From an uncultured Gammaproteobacteria bacterium (lineage in GTDB: Bacteria; Patescibacteriota; Patescibacteriia; Magasanikbacterales; JBBTQS01): a DNA stretch of 64,000 nt. Shown in pieces: positions 21,081 to 30,258 of the stretch. A program made the position numbers and the translations under genes. The stretch is taken from assembly GCA_964627525.1 (NCBI GenBank), contig CAZVIA010000004.1, forward strand, positions 1,565-65,564. The letters run 5' to 3'. Under the pieces are notes generated by a model, which was given only the letters and a program-made list of their open reading frames with translations, was not told the origin of the DNA and searched no databases. Every line of letters starts with the position of its first letter. The first letter of the stretch is position 1.

Positions 21081-22193
21081 ATGTCAAAAACCAATACAGA
21101 ATTTGAAGCAAAAAACAAAGCAGCTGAAATCGCAATTGAACAAATCAAACAGCGATTCGGTGAAAATGCAATCATGAAATTTGGCGAAGCAAAATCATCT
21201 AAAGTAGATTCAATCCCAACTGGGTGTTTGTCTTTAGACATTGCATTAGGAGTTGGCGGAGTACCACGCGGTCGTATCATAGAAATTTTTGGACCAGAAG
21301 CTTCTGGAAAAACAACTTTAGCTCAACACGTAATTGGACAAGTTCAAAAACTAAATGGGATTGCAGCTTTTGTAGATGCAGAGCATGCACTTGATCCAGA
21401 TTATGCACGCAAGATTGGAGTGAACGTTGACGAGTTATTAATTTCACAACCAGACACTGGTGAGCAAGCTTTGGAAATTGTTGAAACTTTAGTGCGATCA
21501 AATGCAGTTGATGTTGTTGTAGTAGACTCTGTTGCAGCACTTGTTCCTAAAGCAGAAATTGAAGGTGAAATGGGAGCACACCATGTTGGATTACAAGCTC
21601 GGTTGATGAGCCAAGCTTTAAGAAAGTTAGCTGGAATTGTTAGTAAATCAAAAACAGTTGTAATTTTCATAAACCAAACTCGAATTAAAATCGGAGTTTT
21701 TTATGGAAATCCAGAAACAACAACTGGTGGAACTGCATTAAAATTTTATTCATCAGTTAGAGTTGAAGTAAGACGTTCAGCACAAATCAAACAAGCAGAT
21801 AAAATAATTGGAAACAGAGTTAAGGTTAAAATCGTAAAAAACAAAGTTGCACCACCATTCCGAACAACTGAATTTGATATCATGTATAACGAAGGAATTT
21901 CAATTGCTGGAGACTTGATTGAAACAGGTGTTGCGCACAAAGTTTTAACTAAATCTGGAAACAGTTATTCTTATGAAGATGAAAAATTAGGCGTAGGTCG
22001 TGAAAAAGCAAAAACTTATTTACGTGAAAATCCTAAGTTGATGGCAAAAATTCGTAAAGAAATTCTAGTGACCATTAATTTGGAAAACGAGGGGGTAGGA
22101 GTGGTAGATGAGGATGTTGAAGAAAAACCAAAGGAAGATTCAGAAGAGAAAGTTGAAGAAAAAATCAGTGGAAACAAAAAAAGCAAGGAGTAA
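21081..22193 (+). CDS. recA: Recombinase RecA
   Basis: [28 protein letters not shown]. Confidence 0.99.
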   Translation: MSKTNTEFEAKNKAAEIAIEQIKQRFGENAIMKFGEAKSSKVDSIPTGCLSLDIALGVGGVPRGRIIEIFGPEASGKTTLAQHVIGQVQKLNGIAAFVDAEHALDPDYARKIGVNVDELLISQPDTGEQALEIVETLVRSNAVDVVVVDSVAALVPKAEIEGEMGAHHVGLQARLMSQALRKLAGIVSKSKTVVIFINQTRIKIGVFYGNPETTTGGTALKFYSSVRVEVRRSAQIKQADKIIGNRVKVKIVKNKVAPPFRTTEFDIMYNEGISIAGDLIETGVAHKVLTKSGNSYSYEDEKLGVGREKAKTYLRENPKLMAKIRKEILVTINLENEGVGVVDEDVEEKPKEDSEEKVEEKISGNKKSKE

Positions 22194-22220
22194 AAAATAC
22201 AGAGCATAAGACGCAAAATT

Positions 22221-22253
22221 ACAAATCATTGCCAAATTTTGGCAATGATTTGT
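22221..22253. terminator. Perfect 16-bp inverted repeat between convergent recA and RT
   Basis: ACAAATCATTGCCAAA-T-TTTGGCAATGATTTGT with A/T-rich flanks. Confidence 0.7.
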
Positions 22254-22793
22254 TTTTGAATTTCATAAGCATCTGCATACTTACACAAACCCAAATATTG
22301 TTTTTTGCGAAGTTATTTTTTGCTTAAGAATTTGAAGTAAAATTTCATGATCAATAGAATCAAAAAACTTTTTAATATCTATTTTTAAAGACCAGCAGAT
22401 ACGCGAATAATTTTTACTTGATTTACGAGCAAATTTATTTAATCTATTCACTGCAGCATGAGTACCTTTTCCAATTCTACAAGAGTAAGAATCATAAACA
22501 AAACCGGAATCAAACATTGGATACAAAATCCTGTGAATAGCATGATGAACTAATCTATCTCGCACACTGGCTTTATGAATTATCCTGTGTTTTGGATCGT
22601 GGATATGAAATTTGTAATAACCTCCATGTTGATATACTCCTGAAACCAATTCATCTCTCAAACAAAAAATATTATCTTCCAAATATCGTTCAAATAATTC
22701 AACACCTGGCTTGGTTCTCTTTCCCTTAGAAAAATCTTTCCAAGCTAAAAATAAATTATTTAAATTTGTAATCTTATTATATATGTCATCCAT
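22226..22793 (-). pseudogene. DGR reverse transcriptase, internally deleted and frameshifted
   Basis: ORF 22281-22793 has the N-terminal RT motifs (DPKHRII, RDRLVHHA, SCRIGKGTH, DIKKFFDSIDH) but no motif 4 or YxDD; an RT-like tail QYLGLCKYADAYEIQKQIIAKIWQ follows in another frame to a stop near 22226. Confidence 0.85.
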
Positions 22794-23127
22794 ATACGAA
22801 ACTTCTATATTTAAACTTACTTATGATGTGCTTAAAGAAATACATATTGCCAAAAGGTCATTTCTAAAATCAGAAAAATACACGCTTGGTGAAGTGCTTG
22901 AAAATTCCCTACTAAAAACACTTCTTGCAATTGTAAAGACAGGAAAAACAAAGCCCAAGTGGAAACTCCCAGTAATAGAAGAGGCACAGATTCATCTTGA
23001 AAAAACAAAAATACTTATGCGTCTAGCGATTGACCTAGATCAAATTAAAGGCAAACGAATAAATTATCTACGAGAACACACACAAAGAATAGGTCAGGAA
23101 TTGGGTGGGTGGAAACGGTCTTTATAA
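22783..23127 (+). CDS. avd: DGR accessory variability determinant (Avd-like four-helix bundle)
   Basis: 114 aa basic helical protein with KSEKYTLG and IGQELGGWKRS motifs, between TR and RT. Confidence 0.85.
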   Translation: MSSIYETSIFKLTYDVLKEIHIAKRSFLKSEKYTLGEVLENSLLKTLLAIVKTGKTKPKWKLPVIEEAQIHLEKTKILMRLAIDLDQIKGKRINYLREHTQRIGQELGGWKRSL

Positions 23128-23128
23128 A

Positions 23129-23161
23129 AATTTGCAACGCTGATTTGAGGCGTTGCAAATT
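23129..23161. other. 12-bp stem hairpin in the TR 3' spacer
   Basis: AATTTGCAACGC-9 nt-GCGTTGCAAATT. Confidence 0.6.
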
Positions 23162-23167
23162 CTCTTT

Positions 23168-23297
23168 TACACTCCCGACACGAAGCCGAACCATAACGCG
23201 AGTTCGTATTGTCATCCCAGTTCCAGCTCAACTTCGGTCCGTCGAGCCACAAGTTGAGGTACGCAAAGTTCTCGCGATTGTCACAATGGACAGAACT
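23168..23297 (-). repeat. DGR template repeat (TR)
   Basis: 130 bp ungapped match to 23637-23766; 11 of 13 mismatches at minus-strand adenines; AAC/AAT-codon rich; intergenic. Confidence 0.95.
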
Positions 23298-23545
23298 TAA
23301 TTAGCCAAATTCCTCCCTTTTTCACCACAACTTCCACTTTTCATGGTTATTGTTGTATTTCATTCTGAATCTAAAATTCAATAGAATCTAACCGAAGTGT
23401 ATTTAAAACAAGCTCATCTAAGTACACTGCACAGTATGCTTAATAACTGCACATCTTTGTCATTTTGAGCAATTTCGGGGACAAAAATAAACAATTTATT
23501 ATTGTGCACTACCCTAATCTCAAACAAAGTATATCAAAAAAAGAA

Positions 23546-23573
23546 GACTCTGGCTTTGTTACAAGTCAGAGTC
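23546..23573 (-). terminator. Hairpin downstream of DGR target (terminator and/or homing hairpin)
   Basis: GACTCTGGCTT-6 nt-AAGTCAGAGTC followed by a T run on minus strand. Confidence 0.6.
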
Positions 23574-23628
23574 AAAAAAAGGGAAAAGGGATAAGTATTA
23601 AAGAGTGAAGAGGGTCAAAGGGGTAATG

Positions 23629-24369
23629 TTACTTAATACACTTCCGACACGAAGCCGAACCATCACGCGAGTACGCATTGACATCCCAGTCCCAGCCCAA
23701 CTCCGGCCCGTCGAGCCACAAGCCGAGGCACGCAAAGTTCTCGCGATTGCCACAATGGACAGAACTGGGTAGATCCACGTAGTGATCTTGCAGAACCTTT
23801 CTATTCTGGGCAAACAATGCAAGACCCTCCATTGCATCAAGTCCGATTTCATTTTTTTCAAACTCTTTACGACAAGTTTGGACATTCTTTCCTAGATTGC
23901 GCTTACCATCTTGGCACCAAATCCAGTATACATCTTGTTTTTTGACTTGTTCTGGATTGAATGGTTCAAATGTAGAATTGTTTCCAGTGAACTTTACTCC
24001 TAGAAGTTCGCAGACTTTGACAAGTCCGCCGAATTTGAAGCTCTTTCCATCCTCACCTTTAGTACACGCGATGCGTGCATCTACTAGAACAAGTTTGTCC
24101 AAGTAGTCTGGGAGATCTTCAGAACGCTCTGGCTCTGGAGGAATGAACTCAAGGTACTCAGCAAATGTGCTATAACCAAGCACTTCTCCAAAACCACAAT
24201 CCCAGAGGAGTTTGGCTTGGTGTTCGCGGATGTTGCTTTGTTCTTCTGCAACAGTCTCTCCACGCAAAATGCGGATCACAGCTTCCAAGCCACCGAGTTT
24301 GGTGACCAAAGCTTTGACATGCCCAATGCGAAAATCATCGACCTTTTTCACAGAGTCTAGGTCGTGCAT
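23629..24369 (-). CDS. DGR target protein, C-type-lectin-like C-terminus (resembles DUF5701)
   Basis: VR at 3' end; EGLALF..L..DL..GPELGW.W....GSASC pattern; SD and TTGACA-17-TAGTAT promoter at 24448-24476. Confidence 0.88.
   Translation of the reverse strand: MHDLDSVKKVDDFRIGHVKALVTKLGGLEAVIRILRGETVAEEQSNIREHQAKLLWDCGFGEVLGYSTFAEYLEFIPPEPERSEDLPDYLDKLVLVDARIACTKGEDGKSFKFGGLVKVCELLGVKFTGNNSTFEPFNPEQVKKQDVYWIWCQDGKRNLGKNVQTCRKEFEKNEIGLDAMEGLALFAQNRKVLQDHYVDLPSSVHCGNRENFACLGLWLDGPELGWDWDVNAYSRDGSASCRKCIK
23637..23766 (-). repeat. DGR variable repeat (VR)
   Basis: Encodes SSVHCGNR...GSASCRKC; differs from TR mainly at adenines. Confidence 0.95.
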
Positions 24370-24505
24370 CTTTCTCTCCTTTGGTCTATTTGACCATCAG
24401 TTTTACCTCTACCCGAGGCCTGGGTCTGCAAAGACTACAGACAATTTATACTAGCACTTTTTATGTAAGATGTCAAGTCTATTTTCAAAAAAGGCTCTTC
24501 AAAAC

Positions 24506-24781
24506 CTAAAACCGATTCCAAAATCCCTTATAAGCAATTGACCTGTGTCCAATTTTAAAAATTTTAACTTTTTTCTTTTCAATACGAAAAATTACCCTAT
24601 AGTCGCCCACACGTAATTTTCTATTATTTTTCAAAGATTTCCTCAATGGTTTGCCAAACTTTTCCGGTGCTACTAATAATTTTTCCTCAATTGATTTTTT
24701 AATTCTATCCTTAATTGATACACCTAATTTAGGTATATCTTTTTTAACAACTGACTCATGATACTCTATTTCATAACTCAT
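24506..24781 (-). CDS. RelE/ParE-family toxin
   Basis: GKPLR, RKLRVGDYRVIF, IGHR; ATGA overlap with upstream antitoxin. Confidence 0.9.
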   Translation of the reverse strand: MSYEIEYHESVVKKDIPKLGVSIKDRIKKSIEEKLLVAPEKFGKPLRKSLKNNRKLRVGDYRVIFRIEKKKVKIFKIGHRSIAYKGFWNRF

Positions 24782-24999
24782 ACCCATACACTATCATGAG
24801 GAATAAATTCTGCATTATTAGTATCACGTTTTTTAACAATAGTATCCCAAACTTCGTCTTCTTCAATTTCTACTGCTTTACAGATTAATTCCAAAGCTTT
24901 TGTAGCCAAAGGAACACCATCTCTTTCAGCAAGACGACCAAGAATTTTTTCCATTTCTTTGGGTAATGCAAGATTAATACGTTTTTTTAATGTAGGCAT
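24778..24999 (-). CDS. Antitoxin (ribbon-helix-helix type)
   Basis: 73 aa, KKRINLAL beta-ribbon, acidic C-terminus, upstream of toxin. Confidence 0.8.
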   Translation of the reverse strand: MPTLKKRINLALPKEMEKILGRLAERDGVPLATKALELICKAVEIEEDEVWDTIVKKRDTNNAEFIPHDSVWV

Positions 25000-25027
25000 A
25001 AATTTAGATTAACTTAATACAATTTAA

Positions 25028-25047
25028 GTGTAACACCTGTGTTACAC
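25028..25047. promoter_or_regulatory. Palindromic operator in TA promoter
   Basis: GTGTAACAC-CT-GTGTTACAC just downstream of minus-strand TTGACA. Confidence 0.6.
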
Positions 25048-25073
25048 CTTGTCAAACCAAAATATCAACCATC

Positions 25074-25637
25074 TTAATTAACCCTCTCAGCATAAGAACC
25101 ATCTTCAGTTTTCACCGCAACAACCTCACCTTCTTTAATAAAAACAGGAGCCATTATTTTCGCGCCCGTTTCCAGTTCAATTTCTTTCATTGCAGTACCA
25201 GACGCTGTGTCCCCTTTTGCTCCAGGAGGAGATGTTGTAACTTTTAATTTAACTTTATTTGGAAGCTCAATAGTGATTGCTTTTTCTTCATGAAAAACCC
25301 CAATTACTTTTTGTCCTTCTTTCAAAAACTTCAAAGCATCGCCGATCATTTCTTTATTCAACTCAATTTGTTCATAAGTTTCTCCATCCATAAAATGCAC
25401 AAAGTTTTCATCACTATACAAAAAATTTAAATTACGACGATCAACTTGCGCTGACTCAATAGCATTAGCATCATGAAAAGTTTGATCCATAGATGCACCT
25501 GTGCGAATATTTTTTAATTTAGTTTTAACAAAAGCCCCACCCTTACCAGGTTTCACATGCTGATAATTAGTTACGACAAATACATCTCCACGAAATTTAA
25601 CAATTGCATTTTTATGCAAAAAATCTATTGTACCCAT
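25074..25637 (-). CDS. efp: Elongation factor P
   Basis: HVKPGKGGAF, PGAKGDT, LETG. Confidence 0.96.
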   Translation of the reverse strand: MGTIDFLHKNAIVKFRGDVFVVTNYQHVKPGKGGAFVKTKLKNIRTGASMDQTFHDANAIESAQVDRRNLNFLYSDENFVHFMDGETYEQIELNKEMIGDALKFLKEGQKVIGVFHEEKAITIELPNKVKLKVTTSPPGAKGDTASGTAMKEIELETGAKIMAPVFIKEGEVVAVKTEDGSYAERVN

Positions 25638-25691
25638 ACTTTTAAAATATTAAATAATCAAAGGCAGACCCCAGAGGGCCTGCCTTAATTT

Positions 25692-25916
25692 TTATCTTGG
25701 AATATATGGCATTAGCGACATTTGCCGTGCCTGCTTTATTGCGGCTGCAACTTTTCGCTGATGCTTTGCGCACAAACCAGATCTTTTACGAGGAGCTATC
25801 TTCATGTATGAAGAAATAAATCTTCGTAAAGTCACTATATCTGAGTAATCAATTTCTTTTTGATTCACACAATAGTGACACATTTTCTGAGTTGTGGTTT
25901 TTTTCTTTTTCATCAT
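25692..25916 (-). CDS. rpsR: 30S ribosomal protein S18 (Zn-binding type)
   Basis: CHYC, IDY, KIAPRKRSGLCAKHQR. Confidence 0.95.
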   Translation of the reverse strand: MMKKKKTTTQKMCHYCVNQKEIDYSDIVTLRRFISSYMKIAPRKRSGLCAKHQRKVAAAIKQARQMSLMPYIPR

Positions 25917-25921
25917 AATTC

Positions 25922-26422
25922 TTAGAATGGAATATCCTCAACTTTAATTTCATCTTCATCAACTTGAGGAACACTAGGTCCTGTTGGAGCTACTATATCA
26001 TTAACTGGCTCATAAGAAGGTTGGTTTGAAGATGCCCCACCACTAAATCCACCAGCAGAAGGAGTAGAAGGAGCTGCTCCACCACCTGCAGAACGTGGCC
26101 CATCTAACATAATCATATCAGTTGCAATAACTTCTGTCTTATAACGACGAACACCGTCATTACCAGCCCAGTCACGAGTTTGCAAACGACCCTCAACATA
26201 CACACGCTTTCCTTTTGTTAAATATTGTCCACAAATTTCTGCCAACTTACCCCACGCTACAATATCATGATATTCAGGACGGTCTTGAAATTGTCCACTA
26301 CTATCTTTCCAACGAAAATTTGTTGCTACTGAAAAATTTGCTACTTGCTGACCACTTGGAATACTTCTTACTTCAGGGTCTCTTGTTAAACGGCCAATGA
26401 CCATTGATTTGTTTAAATCCAT
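25922..26422 (-). CDS. ssb: Single-stranded DNA-binding protein
   Basis: [17 protein letters not shown]-terminal EDIPF. Confidence 0.97.
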   Translation of the reverse strand: MDLNKSMVIGRLTRDPEVRSIPSGQQVANFSVATNFRWKDSSGQFQDRPEYHDIVAWGKLAEICGQYLTKGKRVYVEGRLQTRDWAGNDGVRRYKTEVIATDMIMLDGPRSAGGGAAPSTPSAGGFSGGASSNQPSYEPVNDIVAPTGPSVPQVDEDEIKVEDIPF

Positions 26423-26434
26423 ATATTTTTTGTT

Positions 26435-27142
26435 TTACAAATTATCAGGAATAAAATCCTGCTCAAGCAAATCATCTAGCTTTTTATCTAATTCATCCAT
26501 GTCCAAAGGTTTTCTAATAACAGGTTTTTCATCAATTGGTGCAGGTTCTGAAACAACTTGTTCTGGTACCACAACTGGTTCTGGCTCTGTGACAACAGTA
26601 GGCTCTGGCGTTACAACAGGCTCTGGTATTTTAACTTCTTCAACAATAGGGGTGGCTGTCTCTACAGGAACAACTGGTTCTACAGGTGCTACTTTAATAG
26701 GCTCAACTGGTCTAACAATTGGCTTTTGCACCATATCATTTTTAACCTCTCTTGAACCCTGGTCTCTATCTCTGTGACCACCTCTTGTTGGTCGTTCACG
26801 ATCACGATCTTTTGTTACCAAAGTATTTGTTGTAAAAGCAAAAGCACGCTCATGACCTTCAACAGCCTGGCGCACCAAATGTCTCATCAACCCTTTGAAT
26901 CTTCCTAAAACAGAATTTAATTCATTTACTTTTTCACCTTCCATCTCACATTTACCCGCAATAAACCAAGCGAACTTGTTTGGTCCGATTGAATAAGCAA
27001 GACGTTGCTTGTTTAAATTAATAAATTGTATTTCTCCAGCGCCCTGACCTTCTAAAACAGTTTTTAACTCTGTTTGACGAGCCTCAAGCTCATCTTCAGT
27101 CATGCTACCTGGAAAAACAAATAACAGTTCGTACACAGTCAT
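26435..27142 (-). CDS. rpsF: 30S ribosomal protein S6 with long C-terminal extension
   Basis: YELLF..RLAYSI S6 core; rpsF-ssb-rpsR order; Pro/Glu/Val-rich tail. Confidence 0.88.
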   Translation of the reverse strand: MTVYELLFVFPGSMTEDELEARQTELKTVLEGQGAGEIQFINLNKQRLAYSIGPNKFAWFIAGKCEMEGEKVNELNSVLGRFKGLMRHLVRQAVEGHERAFAFTTNTLVTKDRDRERPTRGGHRDRDQGSREVKNDMVQKPIVRPVEPIKVAPVEPVVPVETATPIVEEVKIPEPVVTPEPTVVTEPEPVVVPEQVVSEPAPIDEKPVIRKPLDMDELDKKLDDLLEQDFIPDNL

Positions 27143-27231
27143 AACTTTCCTAATATCTTAGGTTGCAGTATCATAACATAATTGGTTTTTCAGTGCAAGT
27201 GACTTGTTTTAAGCTATTTTACCTTAATTTT

Positions 27232-28731
27232 ATGTTATCAAAAACTTTTACAGCCATTCCAAATGGTATGAATATCGCAAAAATTGAAATTGAAACAGAT
27301 ATGCGTGGTGGTTTTCCTTGTTTTACTATAGTTGGCCTACCAGATACAGCTGTTCAAGAGGCGCGCGAACGCATCAAAGCTGCAATCACAAATTCTGGTT
27401 TTGATTTTCCACACTCTTACAGAATAATTGTAAATCTTGCACCAGCAACTTTGCGCAAAGCAGGAACTATTTATGATTTGCCAATTGCAATTGGAATTTT
27501 ATTAAACTGTCTGAAAATCCGTATCCCTAATTTTGACAAAATATTTTTTGCAGGTGAACTTGCTTTGGATGGGTCTGTTAGGTTTACAAAAGATATTGTG
27601 CCAATACTTTTACAACTAAAAAAACTTTGTGCTCAAGAAATTTTTATTCCAGAAAAAAATTGTGCACACGCCTTAATTAATAATCATACAAAAATTTTTC
27701 CTGTAAAAAACCTTTCACAACTCATCGCCCATTTAAGCAATAATAAAAAAATTCAATCACTAAAAAAATCCCAAATTCAAAACTCAAACCAAATTCAAAA
27801 TCCTGAAAAAAACTTTTCTAAAAACAAAACTGAATTTGATTTTTCAGAAATCCAAGGACAGCAAACAGCAAAACGTGCTTTAGAAATTGCAGCTACAAGT
27901 GGACACAATATTTTATTTAACGGACCGCCAGGATCTGGAAAAACAATGTTAGCAAAAACTTTTTCAAGCATTCTCCCAAAAATGTCTGAACAAGAAATTG
28001 TTGAAACCACACACTTACATGCTTTGGCAGGATTATTAAATCACGATACTCCTTTTATAACTTCCAGACCAATCCGAACTCCACACCATAGTGCTTCTGC
28101 AAATGCTTTGATTGGTGGTGGAACAATTCCACGTCCTGGTGAAATTAGCTTGGCGCACAATGGAGTTTTATTTTTAGATGAACTTCCAGAATTTTCCAGA
28201 TCTGTTTTAGAAACTTTGCGACAACCACTTGAAGATGAGTATGTGACAATTGCACGACTTAATGGAAGCACAAAATTTCCCGCAAAGTTTATTTTATTAG
28301 CCAGTCAAAATCCATGCCCATGTGGTTTTGCAACTGACAAAGAAAAAAACTGTACTTGCCCGCGCGCAGCAATTGAACGTTACAGCAAAAAAATCTCTGG
28401 CCCTTTATTAGACCGATTTGATATGTGTGTTGAAGTTCCAAGAATACCAATCGCACAAATAAATGATTTAGCAAAACAAGAGACAAGTGAGATTATTAAA
28501 AATAGAATTTATCAGGCAAAAATTTTTCAAAAGAAAAATTTTTCCCTAGAAAAAAACCTCGCCTTAGACACTCAAACAAAAAAACTTCTTGAAAAAACCG
28601 CAGACAAAATGAATTTGTCTTTACGCGGATATTACAAAGTAATTAAAGTTGCACGAACAGTCGCTGACTTAGCTCAAGAAAAAAACATACTTAGACAGCA
28701 TGTTTTAGAAGCTTTGCATTATAAAACCTAA
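27232..28731 (+). CDS. comM: YifB/ComM Mg-chelatase-like AAA+ ATPase
   Basis: IVGLPD, NLAPA, GPPGSGKT, RTPHHSAS, LFLDELPEF, NPCPCG. Confidence 0.93.
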   Translation: MLSKTFTAIPNGMNIAKIEIETDMRGGFPCFTIVGLPDTAVQEARERIKAAITNSGFDFPHSYRIIVNLAPATLRKAGTIYDLPIAIGILLNCLKIRIPNFDKIFFAGELALDGSVRFTKDIVPILLQLKKLCAQEIFIPEKNCAHALINNHTKIFPVKNLSQLIAHLSNNKKIQSLKKSQIQNSNQIQNPEKNFSKNKTEFDFSEIQGQQTAKRALEIAATSGHNILFNGPPGSGKTMLAKTFSSILPKMSEQEIVETTHLHALAGLLNHDTPFITSRPIRTPHHSASANALIGGGTIPRPGEISLAHNGVLFLDELPEFSRSVLETLRQPLEDEYVTIARLNGSTKFPAKFILLASQNPCPCGFATDKEKNCTCPRAAIERYSKKISGPLLDRFDMCVEVPRIPIAQINDLAKQETSEIIKNRIYQAKIFQKKNFSLEKNLALDTQTKKLLEKTADKMNLSLRGYYKVIKVARTVADLAQEKNILRQHVLEALHYKT

Positions 28732-28740
28732 TTAACCTAA

Positions 28741-30114
28741 CTACCTCACGTATTGAAATGGATTCATTTTGCGACCATTAACCATGACCTCAAAATGCAA
28801 ATGAGTTCCAGTTGAATATCCAGTTGTTCCCATCATTGCAATTACCTGCCCTTTTGTTACACGATCTCCTACTGAAACAAACAACTTACTTGCATGACCA
28901 TAACGAGTTACAATTCCATTTTGATGATCAATATCAATTGCCAAACCATAACCACCACGCCATCCAGCAAGTTTTACAACACCTGAATCTGAAGCATACA
29001 AAGGAGAATCATAATGACCATCAACATCAATTCCATGATGACGTGCGTGATAATATTGTGTAATCACATGTCCTGATGTTGGCCAAACCATTGCAGAGCC
29101 AGCTGAATACCTACTTGGCGGCGGAGGTGCAACATTACTATATGAATTTGGCGCATACACACGACTTGTAACAACTGGTGCAACATATTTTTTTGTACCA
29201 CCAGGAACAATAATTTTTTCACCAATCACAATATCACTTGCATCAGCCAATCTATTAAACTGAACTATCTCATTAACAGAATCTACATCATATTTTTTTG
29301 CCAACTTAATCAAAGTATCTCCACGCTTAACAACATGAGAAATTCCAGTGACTGGCAAAATTTTCAAAACATCTCCAGGGCGAATATAAGATCTACTGCT
29401 CAAATTATTTTCCCACAAAATACTCAAAGTGCTCACACCAAATTTTTCAGCAACAGTACTAATCACATCACCTTGTTGCACAACATAAGTTGTAACCTCA
29501 CGACGTGATGGAGTAACTTCTGCTCCAGGCATAATCATTGGAGCGCTCAAACCACCGCCCCCATATCCAATACCAGCCAACTCCTCAATCCCAAAATCAT
29601 GATCAGTTCCAGACGGCTCTGCCAAAGCACGCACACCATATGAAAAGGGATCATCACTAGACTGCGCAGTTGAAGTTGCATTGTGTTCAATTTGCTCAGC
29701 AGTTTCAATAATTATTTCATCACCATAAAACATCTCTTCCTCTCCTGGACCAACCACTTGCAACAAAATACTATTACTTCCAGCACCATAAACCGATGGT
29801 GTAAAAAACCTACTGTGTGGCATTACCAAAGAAATCACCAAAATAATAGCAACAGAACTTACAATCCAATTTTTTGCAGAAACTGTATAAATTTGCTCTT
29901 CAGTACTTCCAATTCTGCGCTCAATTTTACGACGAATACTTACATATTGCTTATACCCTCCAAGCAAAACATGGCGTACTGTCCATTTAAAAGTTTTTTC
30001 TAAATATATTCCAAATTTACGACCTGACCTAACCAAAAAACGCTTTCCCAAAACTAGGAACTTAAGTGTTTCTAATAAAACTTTATACGCAAAACGTTTC
30101 ATATTGTGATACAA
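28741..30114 (-). CDS. LysM / M23 peptidase
   Basis: Two LysM repeats, HHGID and HLHFEV motifs. Confidence 0.92.
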   Translation of the reverse strand: MYHNMKRFAYKVLLETLKFLVLGKRFLVRSGRKFGIYLEKTFKWTVRHVLLGGYKQYVSIRRKIERRIGSTEEQIYTVSAKNWIVSSVAIILVISLVMPHSRFFTPSVYGAGSNSILLQVVGPGEEEMFYGDEIIIETAEQIEHNATSTAQSSDDPFSYGVRALAEPSGTDHDFGIEELAGIGYGGGGLSAPMIMPGAEVTPSRREVTTYVVQQGDVISTVAEKFGVSTLSILWENNLSSRSYIRPGDVLKILPVTGISHVVKRGDTLIKLAKKYDVDSVNEIVQFNRLADASDIVIGEKIIVPGGTKKYVAPVVTSRVYAPNSYSNVAPPPPSRYSAGSAMVWPTSGHVITQYYHARHHGIDVDGHYDSPLYASDSGVVKLAGWRGGYGLAIDIDHQNGIVTRYGHASKLFVSVGDRVTKGQVIAMMGTTGYSTGTHLHFEVMVNGRKMNPFQYVR

Positions 30115-30258
30115 GTTATACTATAAATCATTTAAGAAATCAAGGGTAGTGGATTTTAGACAAAGGTTGACAATCTAACGAGTTTTTCATATCATAACAC
30201 CAGTTTTTAATACAAATTTAAATATAAATTTTTAAGGAAATTTTTAAGGCAAAAATCT

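Noticed and set aside
22258-22280. YADA in the shifted RT frame as a mutated YADD catalytic motif
   Set aside because: The context YLGLCKYADAYEI followed by a stop fits the RT C-terminal tail better; motifs 4, 6 and 7 are absent
22711-22782. N-terminal extension of Avd in the ORF track
   Set aside because: TTG start inside the RT coding region; Avd-like sequence begins at ATG 22783
22281-22793. Group II intron or retron RT
   Set aside because: Adjacent Avd and an adenine-specific TR/VR pair identify a DGR; no intron domain V or msr-msd seen
23109-23885. ORFs 23109-23300(+) and 23598-23885(-)
   Set aside because: Shadow frames of TR and of the target gene
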